64,000 nt of DNA from positions 168,020,001-168,084,000 of the forward strand of contig OZ024740.1 of NCBI GenBank assembly GCA_964016885.1, given 5' to 3'. The DNA comes from Eledone cirrhosa (Eukaryota). Shown piece after piece: positions 37,145 through 49,991 of the stretch (the first letter of the stretch is position 1; every line of letters begins with the position of its first letter). The notes beneath the pieces were generated by a model that did no database searches, had not been told where the DNA came from, and saw only the letters and a list, made by a program, of their open reading frames with translations. The position numbers and the translations under genes are program-made.

Positions 37145-38511
37145 CGTCTACAGCGTGATGGTGCCACCGGGGTGATGAAATCACCGGTGGTTATGTAACC
37201 ATACATTCACCGATCCTCGATAAAAGTGTTTAAATGTCGAACCTAAACAGTTCGAATAACGGTGAAGAGGAGACTGGAACGTCATGTGACAGACTCTCAC
37301 CCAGCAAGTGCTCCCTGGCCCAGCAGCAGGGACCTGGCTGTCATCCAAATACTGCTGGTGTTGGAGGAAGGAGAAGAAGGAAAGGGATAAGAACCAACTG
37401 GACGAAAGAATTGAATAGAACTGTCATGGAATGTTACCTGAAGAGTAACCCCAAGGAAAAAGGCTATAGGAAACGGATGCATAACATCTGGAACGAGATT
37501 GGTCTATTTAAATTAGATGAACAAAAATTGGCCGAGCAGGCTCGAGTAATAAGAACTAATGGATGGATATGTGATTGACAGTAGGGAGCTAATGCTCAAA
37601 ATTGTACTGAAGGAGAAGACAATAGACCAGGGGATGTCCAAGGAGGAAATAACAACAAGGAGGAAGAGCAACCTTCATAAAAAATCCCTTCATAGTACCT
37701 TCTTTGAGAAAACTGAATTTAGAGATCCACAGACATGGAATTGATTAAAAAGAGGAGAGCTTTAAAAGGCTGCAGAAGGAATGCTAATGGCTGCGCAAGA
37801 GCAAGCCCTCAGAACGAAGTGGGTGAAACACCATATTGACAAGGAGGAGGCTAGCTCACTGTGTAGGATCTGTGGAGAGAGAGAGGAGACTGTGGCTCAC
37901 ATTGTATCCGAGTGTAAACACCTAGCCTAGACTCACTATAAAGGCTGGAGACATGATGTGATGGGCAGGGTGATCCACTGGCACCTATGCAAAGTAAACA
38001 ATGTACCGCATTCTGAGAAGTGGTATGAGCATAAGCCTGAGTCGGTGATAGAAAACGATCAGGTGAAGGTGCTATGAGATTTTAGGATACAGGCGGACAA
38101 GAAATTAGAACACAATAGGCCTGACCTGGTAGTTTTGGACAAGGAAAAAAGATCGTGCCTGATTATAGATGTAGCCTGCCCATTTGAAACGAGAGTGCAA
38201 TAAAGGGAGAGGGAGAAAATTAACCGATACCAGGACTTAAAGTGGGAGGTAAAAAGGATTTGGAACTGCCATGAAGTCAGAGTCGTCCCGATTGTCATAG
38301 GCGCACTAGGTACTATCTCAAAGAGTTTCCAAGGATGGTTAAAGAAAATTGGTCCCGCCCCACTTTTTGGAACACTTCAAAAGGCATGCTTGCTGGGAAC
38401 AGCAAGAACCCTCCGATACGTCCTGAACATCTGAGGTTGCAGGTAGCGGCTTGATATTCATTTCAACAAACTTTCCAGTTAAATAACATCAATGTCTGAA
38501 ACTCAAAGAGC
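37145..38511 (+). mobile_element. R4/Dong-like copy lacking RT: N-terminus joined to family a 3' segment
   Basis: ORF 37234-37578 has the Dong-like N-terminal motif RTNWTKELNRTVMECY...GYRKRMHNIW. From 37567 the sequence matches family a position 28124 onward, with stops. 5' hairpin CCACCGG..TGAT/ATCACCGGTGG. Confidence 0.85.
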
Positions 38512-38753
38512 AATAATGGTTTCTTTATTTAATTTATTATTGTTTATTATTCATTCATTTATTTATCTATTTATTATTTATCTATTTATTTATTTTATTT
38601 ATTTTAATGATAATACAAGGACGATTTGTTGTGCCTTCATTAAGTTTATTGATTGGTAAGTTGACGGGCGTTTCGCTATTAATTAGCTGAAGTTTCGATC
38701 TGTATCATTATGGCTCGACTCTCTGGATATAGATATATATACGTATGTGTGTG

Positions 38754-38794
<41 letters not shown>

Positions 38795-38795
38795 C

Positions 38796-38883
38796 TATAT
38801 CTTATATACTGAGATAGCTGATGATTTCTATATAATATATATATTATATGGAAATCATCAGCTATCTCGGTATATAAGATATA
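38796..38883. repeat. Near-perfect ~88-bp palindrome
   Basis: CTATATCTTATATACTGAGATAGCTGATGATTTCTATATAATAT mirrored with about 2 mismatches. Confidence 0.85.
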
Positions 38884-39159
38884 GCTTATTTCAATCTCAG
38901 TAGTGAATGAGGTAATGTTACGGATGATCACTAAATATCCTGAAACTATAGTGTCTGCCGTCTCACGTTGCTACAGAAATAGCTGTATTATGCTCACACC
39001 TTAACTCACTTATAGCGAGATTTATATGTTTATTATACATAAACATATTGTATATGCTTCCATATTGTGAATTTCGCTATATTTGTGCTACTGCTAATAT
39101 TTTGGAAACTTATTTAAATGTAGTCCTCTTCAGTTCCTCTTTGGAAAACCATTCTGAAT

Positions 39160-39250
39160 TATATATATATATATATATATATACATATGCGTGTGTGTGT
39201 ATCTTTGTGGTGTGTTTGTGTATGTATGTGTGTGTGTTTATGTACGTAGT

Positions 39251-39347
<97 letters not shown>

Positions 39348-39473
39348 GTATATATATACATTTATACACATATATATATTCATATACATATATATGTGTG
39401 GGTGAGTGTATGTGTTGTGTGTGTGATGTATGTTATGTATGTGTGTGTGTTTGTGTGCGTACGTCCAGACATC

Positions 39474-39539
<66 letters not shown>

Positions 39540-39683
39540 CATATACGTACATATGTATGAATAAATATATATAGATACGTACATACATACATACACATAC
39601 ACATTCACACACATGCATATATATATATATATATATACACACATACGCACGTACGTACATATATACATACACGCACACACACA

Positions 39684-39768
<85 letters not shown>

Positions 39769-40071
39769 ACACATCAGAACGAGAGGCGGGTCAAATAGCG
39801 TGTTGAGCCAGGTGCATAAATGTTTATATAAGCTTTCATTAAACATACTGAAACCCTTAATTCAATTATTGGTGAATGGAACGGGGGCTCTTATCGTTCA
39901 AGTATATATGTGTAGATAAGTAGAAGTGTACGTATATGTGTGTATGGATATGCATGTCTATATATATATGTATATGTGAGCGTGTGTCTGTATATGTGTG
40001 TAAATTCGTGCGCGTGCATTCTAGTATGTTCGTAGTTATAGAAAGATTGACAGAGATGCAGATAGATAGAC

Positions 40072-40114
<43 letters not shown>

Positions 40115-40121
40115 CAGATAA

Positions 40122-40184
<63 letters not shown>

Positions 40185-40334
40185 GATGTGTGTGTGAGCA
40201 TTCTTGTATATGGGTATATATATATATATATATATATTCATATACAAGACAAACAGATAGGCAGATAGACAGACAGACAGACAGACAGGCAGATAGACAG
40301 ACATATATATACATATATACATACATATATATAA

Positions 40335-40371
<37 letters not shown>

Positions 40372-40440
40372 CATATATAGAGAGAGAGGGGAGGGGGAAG
40401 AGGGGAAAATGAGAGTCCTCTTGAACTAGTGATAAATGAA

Positions 40441-40508
<68 letters not shown>

Positions 40509-40510
40509 TT
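39160..40510. repeat. Compound microsatellite field (TA, TG/CA, GATA, GACA)
   Basis: Direct reading. Confidence 0.95.
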
Positions 40511-40901
40511 CTGTAGCTAACGATAAGCCCTCACAAATATTGAGGGATACAAAGAGAAATAGAGAGATAAGGTGTATGTTTATATATGTATATATAAAAC
40601 AAGTAAAATATGCGAAAAGATAGAGTGTGTATTTGGAAAGAGAAAAGTGAAGTGACGGCAGTTCAAGTAAAACATTTCTAAAAGACATGAACATTCAAAG
40701 AAGTAAAGAGCTTATCAGATGTTGATATGTGTTGAAAGCGTTAAACGTACACAGATCACTCTAAAGCCTTTCAACTAAATTCAACACAAAGTGTTTGATA
40801 TTCGTGTCGACCAGCCATTACTAAAGGACAACTTTTTAACACCATCAAAAATAGGAGTTCCTACAATATTTTTTGTTTACTATTTTGTTTCTTTTGTGGG
40901 T

Positions 40902-40943
<42 letters not shown>

Positions 40944-41459
40944 TAGTGGCTTATAGAGGTAGATTAACTAATAAGTAGAGCAATATTTTTCAACACGGCC
41001 ACATGGGTAAGAAATTTGCTTCATATTAATAAGGTACGGAGTTCGAATCCACTGCGAAGAAGGTTGGGGCAACTGTCATTTACCATAAGCTATAGTCGAC
41101 ACATGTCATGTGAATGAATTCGGGTTGAGGAAAATTGTTCGAAAGCCTACCCGATGGACTATACCTGTAATACAAAGGACCGGGTTTGGGAACGTATGTC
41201 GGTGTTTATATTATAGCAGCTGTTTTGGACTCCACAGTCTTCGCTTTTTATCACTTCTTACTATCCAATTTTATATTTTTATATATCTTTCTCTTATTTT
41301 TTTATTGTCTCCAAATCTCAATTGATTTACCTATTCTATAACATCCCTCCTCTATTTTCTCCAGAACCCTTTTTCGCCTACTTCCTCTGGCCTACTTTCA
41401 TATACAATCCTTAGAATTTGCTGTATAGATTTCACTTTCATAGAATATATATATATATA

Positions 41460-41827
41460 TACGATATTAAATAAATGGAAACTATATTTATAAAACCATA
41501 TTTATTTCATTATATATATTTCAGGGATATCATATTAAAAATATGTTATGCCTTCTTCAGACAAAATACAATATAAACAGTCTTATAAATAGATAGATTC
41601 GACATATATATCTATTTATAAGACTGTTTATATTGTATTTTGTCTGAAGAAGGCATAACATATTTTTAATATGATATCCCTGAAATATATATAATGAAAT
41701 AAATATGGTTTTATAAATATAGTTTCCATTTATTTAATATCGTAAATATACTCCAAATACTTGTTGAGTGCTTTTATATCAGTTATAAATATTTACTCGT
41801 TGTAACCCAACAATTTAAATAAAACTT

Positions 41828-41830
<3 letters not shown>
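41460..41830. mobile_element. Near-perfect fold-back (~135-bp arms) with HHR-like motif, in (TA)n
   Basis: 41460-41594 is inverted at ~41608-41744. CTGAAGA-AGG-(AT hairpin)-CCT-GAAATATAT at 41644-41690 and its mirror. Right side extends to (TA)n. Confidence 0.8.
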
Positions 41831-41870
<40 letters not shown>

Positions 41871-41902
41871 TTTTTAAATATAGGTGTGACATACGAGTTG
41901 TG

Positions 41903-42506
41903 ATATATTAGTAAAAAGGAAAAGAAAATGCTGGCAAATTTTTCCCAGTGAAAAATAGTTTAATTAGGAATAAGTATAAATTAGTAATAAGTATTGGTTC
42001 GTATTCAATTTTAGTTTTAAGTTTTTACCGGTTGCGCATTTCTAATGCTTTTCAAAAATAATTTTGAGATAGAGCGCTCGTGATGTTTGCTCTAATCTAG
42101 TTTAATTAGGAATAAGTATAAATTAGTAATAAGTATTGGTTCGTATTCAGTTTTAGTTTTAAGTTTTTACCGGTTGCGCATTTCTAATGCTTTTCAAAAA
42201 TAATTTTGAGATAGAGCGCTCGTGATGTTTGCTCTAATCTAACAGATTAGAGCAAACATCACGAGCGCTCTATCTCAAAATTATTTTTGAAAAGCATTAG
42301 AAATGCGCAACCGGTAAAAACTTTAGAGCAAACATCACGAGCGCTCTATCTCAAAATTATTTTTGAAAAGCATTAGAAATGCGCAACCGGTAAAAACTTA
42401 AAACTAAAACTGAATACGAACCAATACTTATTACTAATTTATACTTATTCCTAATTAAACTATTTTTCACTGGGAAAAATTTGCCAGCATTTTCTTTTCC
42501 TTTTTA

Positions 42507-42515
<9 letters not shown>
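41903..42515. mobile_element. Complex fold-back with tandem duplications and four HHR-like motifs
   Basis: Centre CTAATCT-aac-AGATTAG at 42234-42250; ~141-bp duplication in the left arm and ~77-bp in the right. Motif TTGAAAA-GCA-ttagaaa-TGC-GCAACCGGTA resembles 6422-6458. Confidence 0.8.
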
Positions 42516-42566
<51 letters not shown>

Positions 42567-42569
<3 letters not shown>

Positions 42570-43306
42570 CAAATTATCCCCTGTGATTGTTTCATGTGTT
42601 TATTTTAAATATATATATATATCAATCAATTTCTAGTTGATATAAAATGCTCGGATCTATTCATTGGAATCTTTAAGCTCATTCTACAGTCGATATGGCG
42701 CATTTCTCGGACATGACTCCTTTAATTTAATTTAATTTAATTTATTTCGGATATATAAACGGCTCCTTAATTGTAGAGCTAAATCGGTTGGAAGGACTGT
42801 ACTGCTATTTGTAGCTGTCGGCCACCCTATTCACGCCAATGAGAGGACGCTAGCATGTTGTTAGTAGTTTTAGAATTGCAGCACGTGCGACGGATCACTC
42901 GCAGATTTGCATTTGATGTGTAAAGACAGACAGTTATTTCTTCCTCCTTGCTGATGATCTAAGATTTGACTACTGTGACTTTACAGATTTTTAGTGAAAT
43001 ATATTTCTTTAACGAAATATATACAAGGAGGATTAATCATTTTTTAAAAGATAATATTTGAAGCTCTAGTTAAACTTTAATTAGTTACCTACATAACTAT
43101 GTGTGATTACACACTTTACAAATTATCCCCTGTGATTGTTTCATGTGTTTATTTTAAATATATATATATATGTCAATCAATTTCTATTGATATAAAATGC
43201 TCGGATCTATTCATTGGAATCTTTGAGCCTATTCTACGGTGGATATGGCGCCTGTCTCGGACATGACTCCCTTAATTTAATTTAATTTAATTTATTTCGG
43301 GTATAT
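42567..43306 (+). mobile_element. Partial-tandem non-coding element (~190-bp direct repeats, ~549-bp period) with HHR
   Basis: 42567-42757 repeats at 43116-43306. TCCTCCTTG-CTGATGA...GAAATATATA-CAAGGAGGA (42942-43032) gives a 9-bp stem I. (TA)n flanks. Confidence 0.75.
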
Positions 43307-43325
43307 ATATATATATATATATATA

Positions 43326-43781
43326 AATGTATATATAGTGTATTTTGCAATACACTGTATGCTTAATTAAAAGCATTTTGAAGACTATACGCTTTTGTTT
43401 TAAAATAGGGACAATGTCACTTATTTAAATTTTCAGCAAACAGGAGGAGATAAACTGACAGAGGTCTGTTTCGTACTTTTTGGTACTTATCAAAGTTCAC
43501 TACTCCCCTTGTTTGCTGAAAATTATGTGTGTTGGATTCTAATAGAATTCCAGTAATAATCTGGAACTGATTATACAGAGCGGTTGCCGGTCAAGCAGAA
43601 ATTGAAAATTAGAATTGGTGCTCTGAAATAGCGATATATATATGAATGTATATATAGTGTATTATGTAATACACTGTATGCTTAATTAAAAGCATTTTGA
43701 AGACCATACGCTATTGTTTTAAAATAGTGACAATGTCGCATTCATATATATATCGCTATTTCAGAGCACCAATTCTAATTT
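43326..43781 (-). mobile_element. Partial-tandem non-coding element (~93-bp direct repeats, ~319-bp period) with HHR and short inverted end
   Basis: 43326-43418 repeats at 43645-43737; 43739-43781 inverts 43606-43648; HHR on minus at 43428-43524. Confidence 0.75.
43428..43524 (-). ncRNA. Type I hammerhead, U3-A8 core, ~30-bp stem I
   Basis: AATTTTCAGCAAACAAGGGGAGTAGTGAACT-TTGATAA-GTAC-caaaaa-GTAC-GAAACAGACCTCTGTC-AGTTTATCTCCTCCTGTTTGCTGAAAATT. Confidence 0.75.
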
Positions 43782-43933
43782 TTATATATATGTATACATA
43801 TATATGTGAGTGTGTGTGCGTATGTACATAAGTGTACACTTATGTACATATATATATATGTATGTGTACATATGTGTGTGTATATATGTGTGTGTGTGTG
43901 TATGTGTTTGTGTGTGTGTGTGTGTATGTGTGT

Positions 43934-44010
<77 letters not shown>

Positions 44011-44491
44011 GCGTGGGAATATGGATATACATCCAGATTTCACTTTTCTCACAATTGTTCCGTTGCTACTTATTTCCTTCATATCCACTCTAACCAAATG
44101 TCTATCTATCTATCACTTTCCCCATCTCTGTATAACTCTCTCTATCTCTATCTCCTTACCTATATTTTTCCAGCGTTATATTTCTATCTATATTTCTCAT
44201 TCCCCTTCTAGTTTTTGTTTTCCCTTAAACAATCCCCAACACAGCCCACTCAATATTGAATTGACTGTGACAGATATAGTCAAGCACCTCTTCATGAAAA
44301 CCTATCATCGGATAACGCTATCCATAAGTATAGTAAATATTATTGGCACAAATTTTCGCAGAGAATAAAAAACAGCAAGTGTTTACGAAGACTTATTCAA
44401 ACAATGCGAAGCATTAGTGTCTTTGGGATTGTTTTGATTCTGTTACATCGAATGTGATTTTCTCTTCTCTGTCTCTCCCGTTCTTTTCTCA

Positions 44492-44548
<57 letters not shown>

Positions 44549-44723
44549 GTGTATGTATGTATATATAGAGATATATAAAGAAGTATAGATATAGATGTCT
44601 GTCTTTCTATTAATATACCTCTTGTCTGTCTATCAATGCATAAATCCGTCTGTTTATCAATCTACAGATTTACGATCTTTCTCTCTTTCACACTCATTGT
44701 ATACACACACACACACATGTATG

Positions 44724-44794
<71 letters not shown>

Positions 44795-45374
44795 ATATGT
44801 GTGTGTACATGTTATATATCCTTTTGTTTGAATGTTTATGTATCTTTTCTTATATATCTGTATATCTCTCTATTTGTTTAACTCTTTATATATCTCTATT
44901 TGTTTATTTGTTTATCGATGTATTTGGTTATATCGCCATTATATCCTACTCAGGCGCATGGACACAATCTCACACACACATATATTAACAGTGACATACG
45001 TCTTTTACATACACGTTAAAAGTAAATCAAAGCGAAGAAAGGAAAAAGAAAATTACGGTCACCATTTTCAATGCAATTTTAGTTAACAACGTTAACTAGT
45101 GCCCAGATGAATGGGTGCAGAGATTGACTTGCTGATTTGCCGTCCTGGGTTCTATTTCATCTTGTAAGAAATTGACTTGTAATAAACCAGATTCCTATCC
45201 ATGGAAAACTTTGGTAGATAGACGTGTGGGATATATTTCTTATAGTATAATCAGCCTGTATGTTGCTTTCTTAAGTAAACGTTTGTTAAATACATTTATT
45301 TGTAAATTTATATCAATAGATGATTATAAATACATTTATTATTTATTTTATTAAGTGATAATATTGTGTTCTTA

Positions 45375-45870
45375 CATGTACAAGGCCACCCGTTTTGAGG
45401 AGGCAACCGTTATTTATATCTACCCGAGAATTTGACTGGTACTTAATTCGTTAAATCACAGGAGGATGAAGAGTAAAGTTGACCCAGAAAGAATTCGAAT
45501 TCAGAAATGCAAAGGAATGTAACTATATACCGCAAGGCATTTTGTCTGATGCCTTTTTCCTTTAGTGATATTGATTATGAACAATGACACTTTTAGTGAA
45601 GTTATAGTCGATTAATTGATCTCACTACTTGGTTATTAATGTGACGAAGTGGCAGAGTTGTTAGAACATCGGACTACATCCTTTGCGGTATTTGTTCCGG
45701 CTCTCTGAACTATGAATTTAAATCATGAATTTAAATCCTGAAAAAAAAAATAAATAAAAGGCAAAGTTGACATGGGCAGAATTAGAACTCAGAACATAAA
45801 GACCAAAACAAAGTACTGCCAGGCATATGCCCAACGCTCTAATGACACTTCTAATTCACCGCCTTTGACA
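45375..45870. mobile_element. Cluster of degenerate SINE fragments
   Basis: ACAAGGCC, ACTGGTACTT, AGGATGAAG..AAAGTTGAC (minus); A-box head at ~45650 (plus); AAAGGCAAAGTTGAC..GAACTCAGA (minus). Confidence 0.55.
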
Positions 45871-46796
45871 TAAATATTAATAAAGTTACGCTTTCTAATC
45901 ATAAATATTATTCGTTATCCTATCAGATACATTCTCAATGTATAAATTCAATATTCGTTTACACGTTTCGCCGTTCAGACTTCAGCAATGCATGGAGTGT
46001 TGCTAAAATGGAATATTCATATTTTATTGTAATCATTGATAAATGGTAAAACAATTCTGTTTGAGCATCATGGAACAAAGTTATCAAGGCTTATCCTACT
46101 ATTAATAATGATATTGTTCTAAGAGCGATTCTTTGTTGGCACACCTCCCGTCGTCAATTCCCAAGTTAACGAATAAAACAACACAATATCTTCTTTCATT
46201 GTTCTAAGCATTCTCAGATTAGATGTCGATGCAAGAAACAAGTATTATTTATTTTCTTTCGAAGAATCGCTTTATTATAATAAAGCCTGTTGTAGGGATG
46301 CTAAAATGAATCAACCAATCTCATACACTTATAGTTTTCTTTCTTTGGCAAATATTTCAGAGATAGAGAGGAAAAAGGTTATTGAAGCGGAAACAAAATA
46401 CAAGATAAAAGAGAGTCAAAGAAAGAGAAAAATAATGATTGATCTTTCGTGGTAACCACACATTTCCTTATATTTGAGTAGAATAGATAAGATTCACTTG
46501 AACTGCTATTTATTTACCTGCTGTTGACCGTGTTGTGATCTTGAATCAGTCACTTCAATCTATTTCCATTATACAGTTAGGTTGTTTCTACAACTATAAA
46601 GTATTCTCTTGCTTTCTTCTCCATTACGGTAGGAAGGACACAGAGCTGAAAATCCGGGATCTTGGCTAGGCAGGGTTTCATTTGCTCACACTTGTAGCAT
46701 GATTGTGTACATTGCTATCTCAATTAGAAAGTATAGGAACCTTTATATATTCTCTTGGCCTGCTACCCATTTAAGAAGGAAGGACGATACATTAAA

Positions 46797-46985
46797 TAAT
46801 TGTCTCTACTATTGGCACAAGGCCAGAAATTATCCCAGTGCATTATTGGTACTTTATTTTATCGACCCCGTAAGGATGAAAGGCAAAGTTAACCTCGGCA
46901 GGATTTGAACTCAGACCGTAAAAGGGCGTAACTCTATGGTACAAAGCATGGCGTCCGACCTTCCACCGATACTGCCAATCCACCG
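46797..46985 (-). mobile_element. tRNA-SINE
   Basis: Reverse complement of the 9121 family, including short ATT tail. Confidence 0.85.
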
Positions 46986-47469
46986 GTCGTAAATATACTG
47001 GGACTGTAAGAGGGTATGGTCATGAGTGGAATGTCTTAGGTCTGCTTAATCGGGACTGACCTGACTAAAGAACTACAATAAAAACAATAATTGTTCTATA
47101 TTTGTTGTAATGCAAGAGTAAAGAAACACGTATGAATGTTATCGCCGTCGTCATTGTTGTTGTTATATAGCCTCAAGACAAACTTGATCAAACTGATTTA
47201 TGATCAAAGACATTTCAACTGATATGTAATCTATCTTTTTTTTTTATATATAGAGAGAGAGAAATAGCGTATAATCAAAACAATAACATCAACAATAAAA
47301 TAAAATGATAAACTGCTGTCATATTTACAAAAATGATACGCGATGGGGCCCCCCACAGCCCCGGCGGACAGAATGGAGAAGGCGTTTCCCCGGAGGACGG
47401 CAAGGGAATCTCACCTTTTTAGATATGTGACACTATGTCATCCAAAGTCTGCTTTCTTGTATTAAGGAC

Positions 47470-47625
47470 ACTAAGGTGTGCCATGGACTAGTACTTCATT
47501 TATCGCCCCTGAAATTATGAGCAGCAAAGCTAATCTCGGGATTCGAACTCTAAATGCAGAGACCCAAAATGAATACCTCAACGTATTTCATTCGATGTTC
47601 GAAAGACACTGCCAATTCAATACCT
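47470..47625 (-). mobile_element. Degenerate tRNA-SINE
   Basis: GTACTTCATTTATCG, GCAAAGCTAATCTCGGGATTCGAACTC, ACTGCCAATTCA. Confidence 0.5.
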
Positions 47626-47739
47626 ATGATGTACAAAATTACGGGGAGATATAAAAAAATACATATAGTCAAGGATGGAACGCTTTGGTTATAGACCTTC
47701 AATTCAGAGCTGGACTGTAGTTAAATAACAATAATATAT

Positions 47740-47965
47740 ACTTACTTGCATACATGGTGGCTGCCAACTCGTTTTCGAGTACGGCCACTACTTTATATCC
47801 ATGTAGGAGAACCCCTACCGATGCGCTGAACGAGTGTGACTTTTTAGTCCAGCCAGCGACTTGAAAACTCTGGTACAAACACTACACTTGCGACAATTAT
47901 TGACACATAGTGCTGGGCCCATGGTACCATGTGACGACAAGTGCAGAGAGATCTCCAGATATAAA
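47740..47965 (-). mobile_element. Probable RTE-type LINE 3' end with terminal C2H2 finger
   Basis: CSVCTRVFKSLAGLKSHTRSAHR* resembles the C-terminal finger of RTE/BovB-like ORF2; short UTR; adjacent (TATG)n. Confidence 0.5.
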
Positions 47966-47967
47966 GC

Positions 47968-48335
47968 ATACATACATACATACATACATACATACATACA
48001 TACATACATACATACATACATACATACGTACATATGTACATATGCACATGCATGCATACATAGATATATACATACATACATACATACATACATACAGATA
48101 TACATACATACGCACATACATTCATGCATGCATACATACATACGTACATACATATATACAAATATGCATACATTAATACATACATACACACGCATATACA
48201 TACATTCATACATACGTGCATGCATATATATGCATACATACATGCATGCATATATATATTCATACATACATACATATATACATACAGCCATGCATGCATA
48301 CATACATTAATGCATACATATATACATACATACAA
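47968..48335. repeat. Degenerate (CATA)n
   Basis: Direct reading. Confidence 0.95.
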
Positions 48336-48645
48336 ACGTTTAATAATTGATGTATCTGGTTAGCAAAAGCCAATAAAATGGTCTATTCAACATATTTGGT
48401 TCAGATAAATATAGATTGAATTATTGATTGATTTACTCACTCGTTAACTGACTGACTAATTGTCTGATTGTTTCTATATACACCAGAAAATAATTATGGT
48501 GATCCCGGGCCTGACCCTTAGAATCTTGTTGTTTTAATCGAGACACGTCGGCCCGGATTGAGCAAACTCTGAACAAAGATTTTTCTGCAATAACGATCGC
48601 ATTTTATTTTTCTGACATAGTATATCTAGAATTAATCATTTCATT

Positions 48646-48728
<83 letters not shown>

Positions 48729-49821
48729 GTCCCTGCGAAGAACGTTAGGCACTTCATATCTAGATAGCCTCACAAATGTGAAATGAAACAAAATTAAAGT
48801 TATTGACCAATATCAATAAAGCAGAAACAAAATTTCTATGGGAATGAAATGAGAAGAGAGTCCGTGGAACATCTGGTATCAACAAGAAAGATAATAGGGA
48901 AAAAGAGGAGATGCGAACAAAGATCAAAACAAATAGATTGGTGAGTGGCAAAGGAGGCTAACCACAATCCACAGATGGTTAGGGACCGTACGAAATTGAA
49001 ACATGAACGCCTACTCCGAATGTCATGGCATCTGTTTGGTTGATTTCTTAAGACAGTAATGTGTGATGTGAAGTATATCTAGCTGCTATTTCAACCACAT
49101 AGAGCTTAGCTTCACAGACACACACATGCACATACTCAAACAAACACGCGCGTACGCACAGGCACGCATAAATAGACATCTAAATCCTATAAACCAGTGT
49201 GCCATGAAATCGATCGTTCGATAAAAGAGAATAGGAACTAAAATATCCCATGATGCCATGTACCAGAAAATTATTAGCCTTTATTGAAAGTATCACGAAA
49301 TCACTAGCGAATACTTTCAATTTACTTAACATCTTAACAATCTTTTCATCGTAAGATTTATTGCACGTCTAGTCATCCGTAAATAAAGAGATATTTCCGA
49401 GAACAATTTACATGACCCCGACCCCTACCTTGCTCCATACTCACACATGTGTAAACATATACACACATTACAACACTGTAGATTACGAAAATGAATTTCT
49501 TCACTTTTCCACGGATTATTGCTATGAACACATCATGTAACTTAACAGTCGAATCAGCATTCCAACCAAGGATTTTTTTTTTTATACCAGTGATTAATCT
49601 TATCGAGCTCAATTTCCTGTGATTGGGTATTTCAAATGGAAAGACGTCCAACTTCCATCGAAGACGTATCATATTCGATTCATTAAACACTAAAGGTTAA
49701 GAATAGAAGCTAAACAAATATAATCGAAAAGAAAATCAACCTATCCTTATTGATTTGATTTGATTTGATTTGTGTTCAATCGGTTAAATAACAGTAATAA
49801 TAATAATAATAATAATAATAA

Positions 49822-49954
49822 TTGTTTCTACTTTAGGCACAAGGCCAGCAATTACCCAGTGCATTACTGGTACTTTATTTTATCGACCTCGTAAGGATGA
49901 AAGGCAAAGTAAACCTCGGCGGGATTTACTTTGCCTTTCATCCTTACGAGGTCG

Positions 49955-49958
<4 letters not shown>
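49822..49958 (-). mobile_element. 5'-truncated SINE with perfect 34-bp snap-back inversion, in (AAT)n
   Basis: Arms 49880-49913 and 49925-49958, 11-nt loop. Confidence 0.85.

Positions 49959-49988
<30 letters not shown>

Positions 49989-49991
<3 letters not shown>

Noticed and set aside
38796-38883. HHR in the palindrome (CTGATGA...GAAA)
   Set aside because: The GAAA is just the mirror of TTTC; no stem III or cleavage site.
47815-47900. Host C2H2 zinc-finger gene
   Set aside because: A single finger ending in a stop, with no linker or exon context; fits a LINE C-terminus better.
49591-49695. Possible host exon (T-tract CAG ... AAG|GTTAAG)
   Set aside because: Stops in all three frames and no other support.
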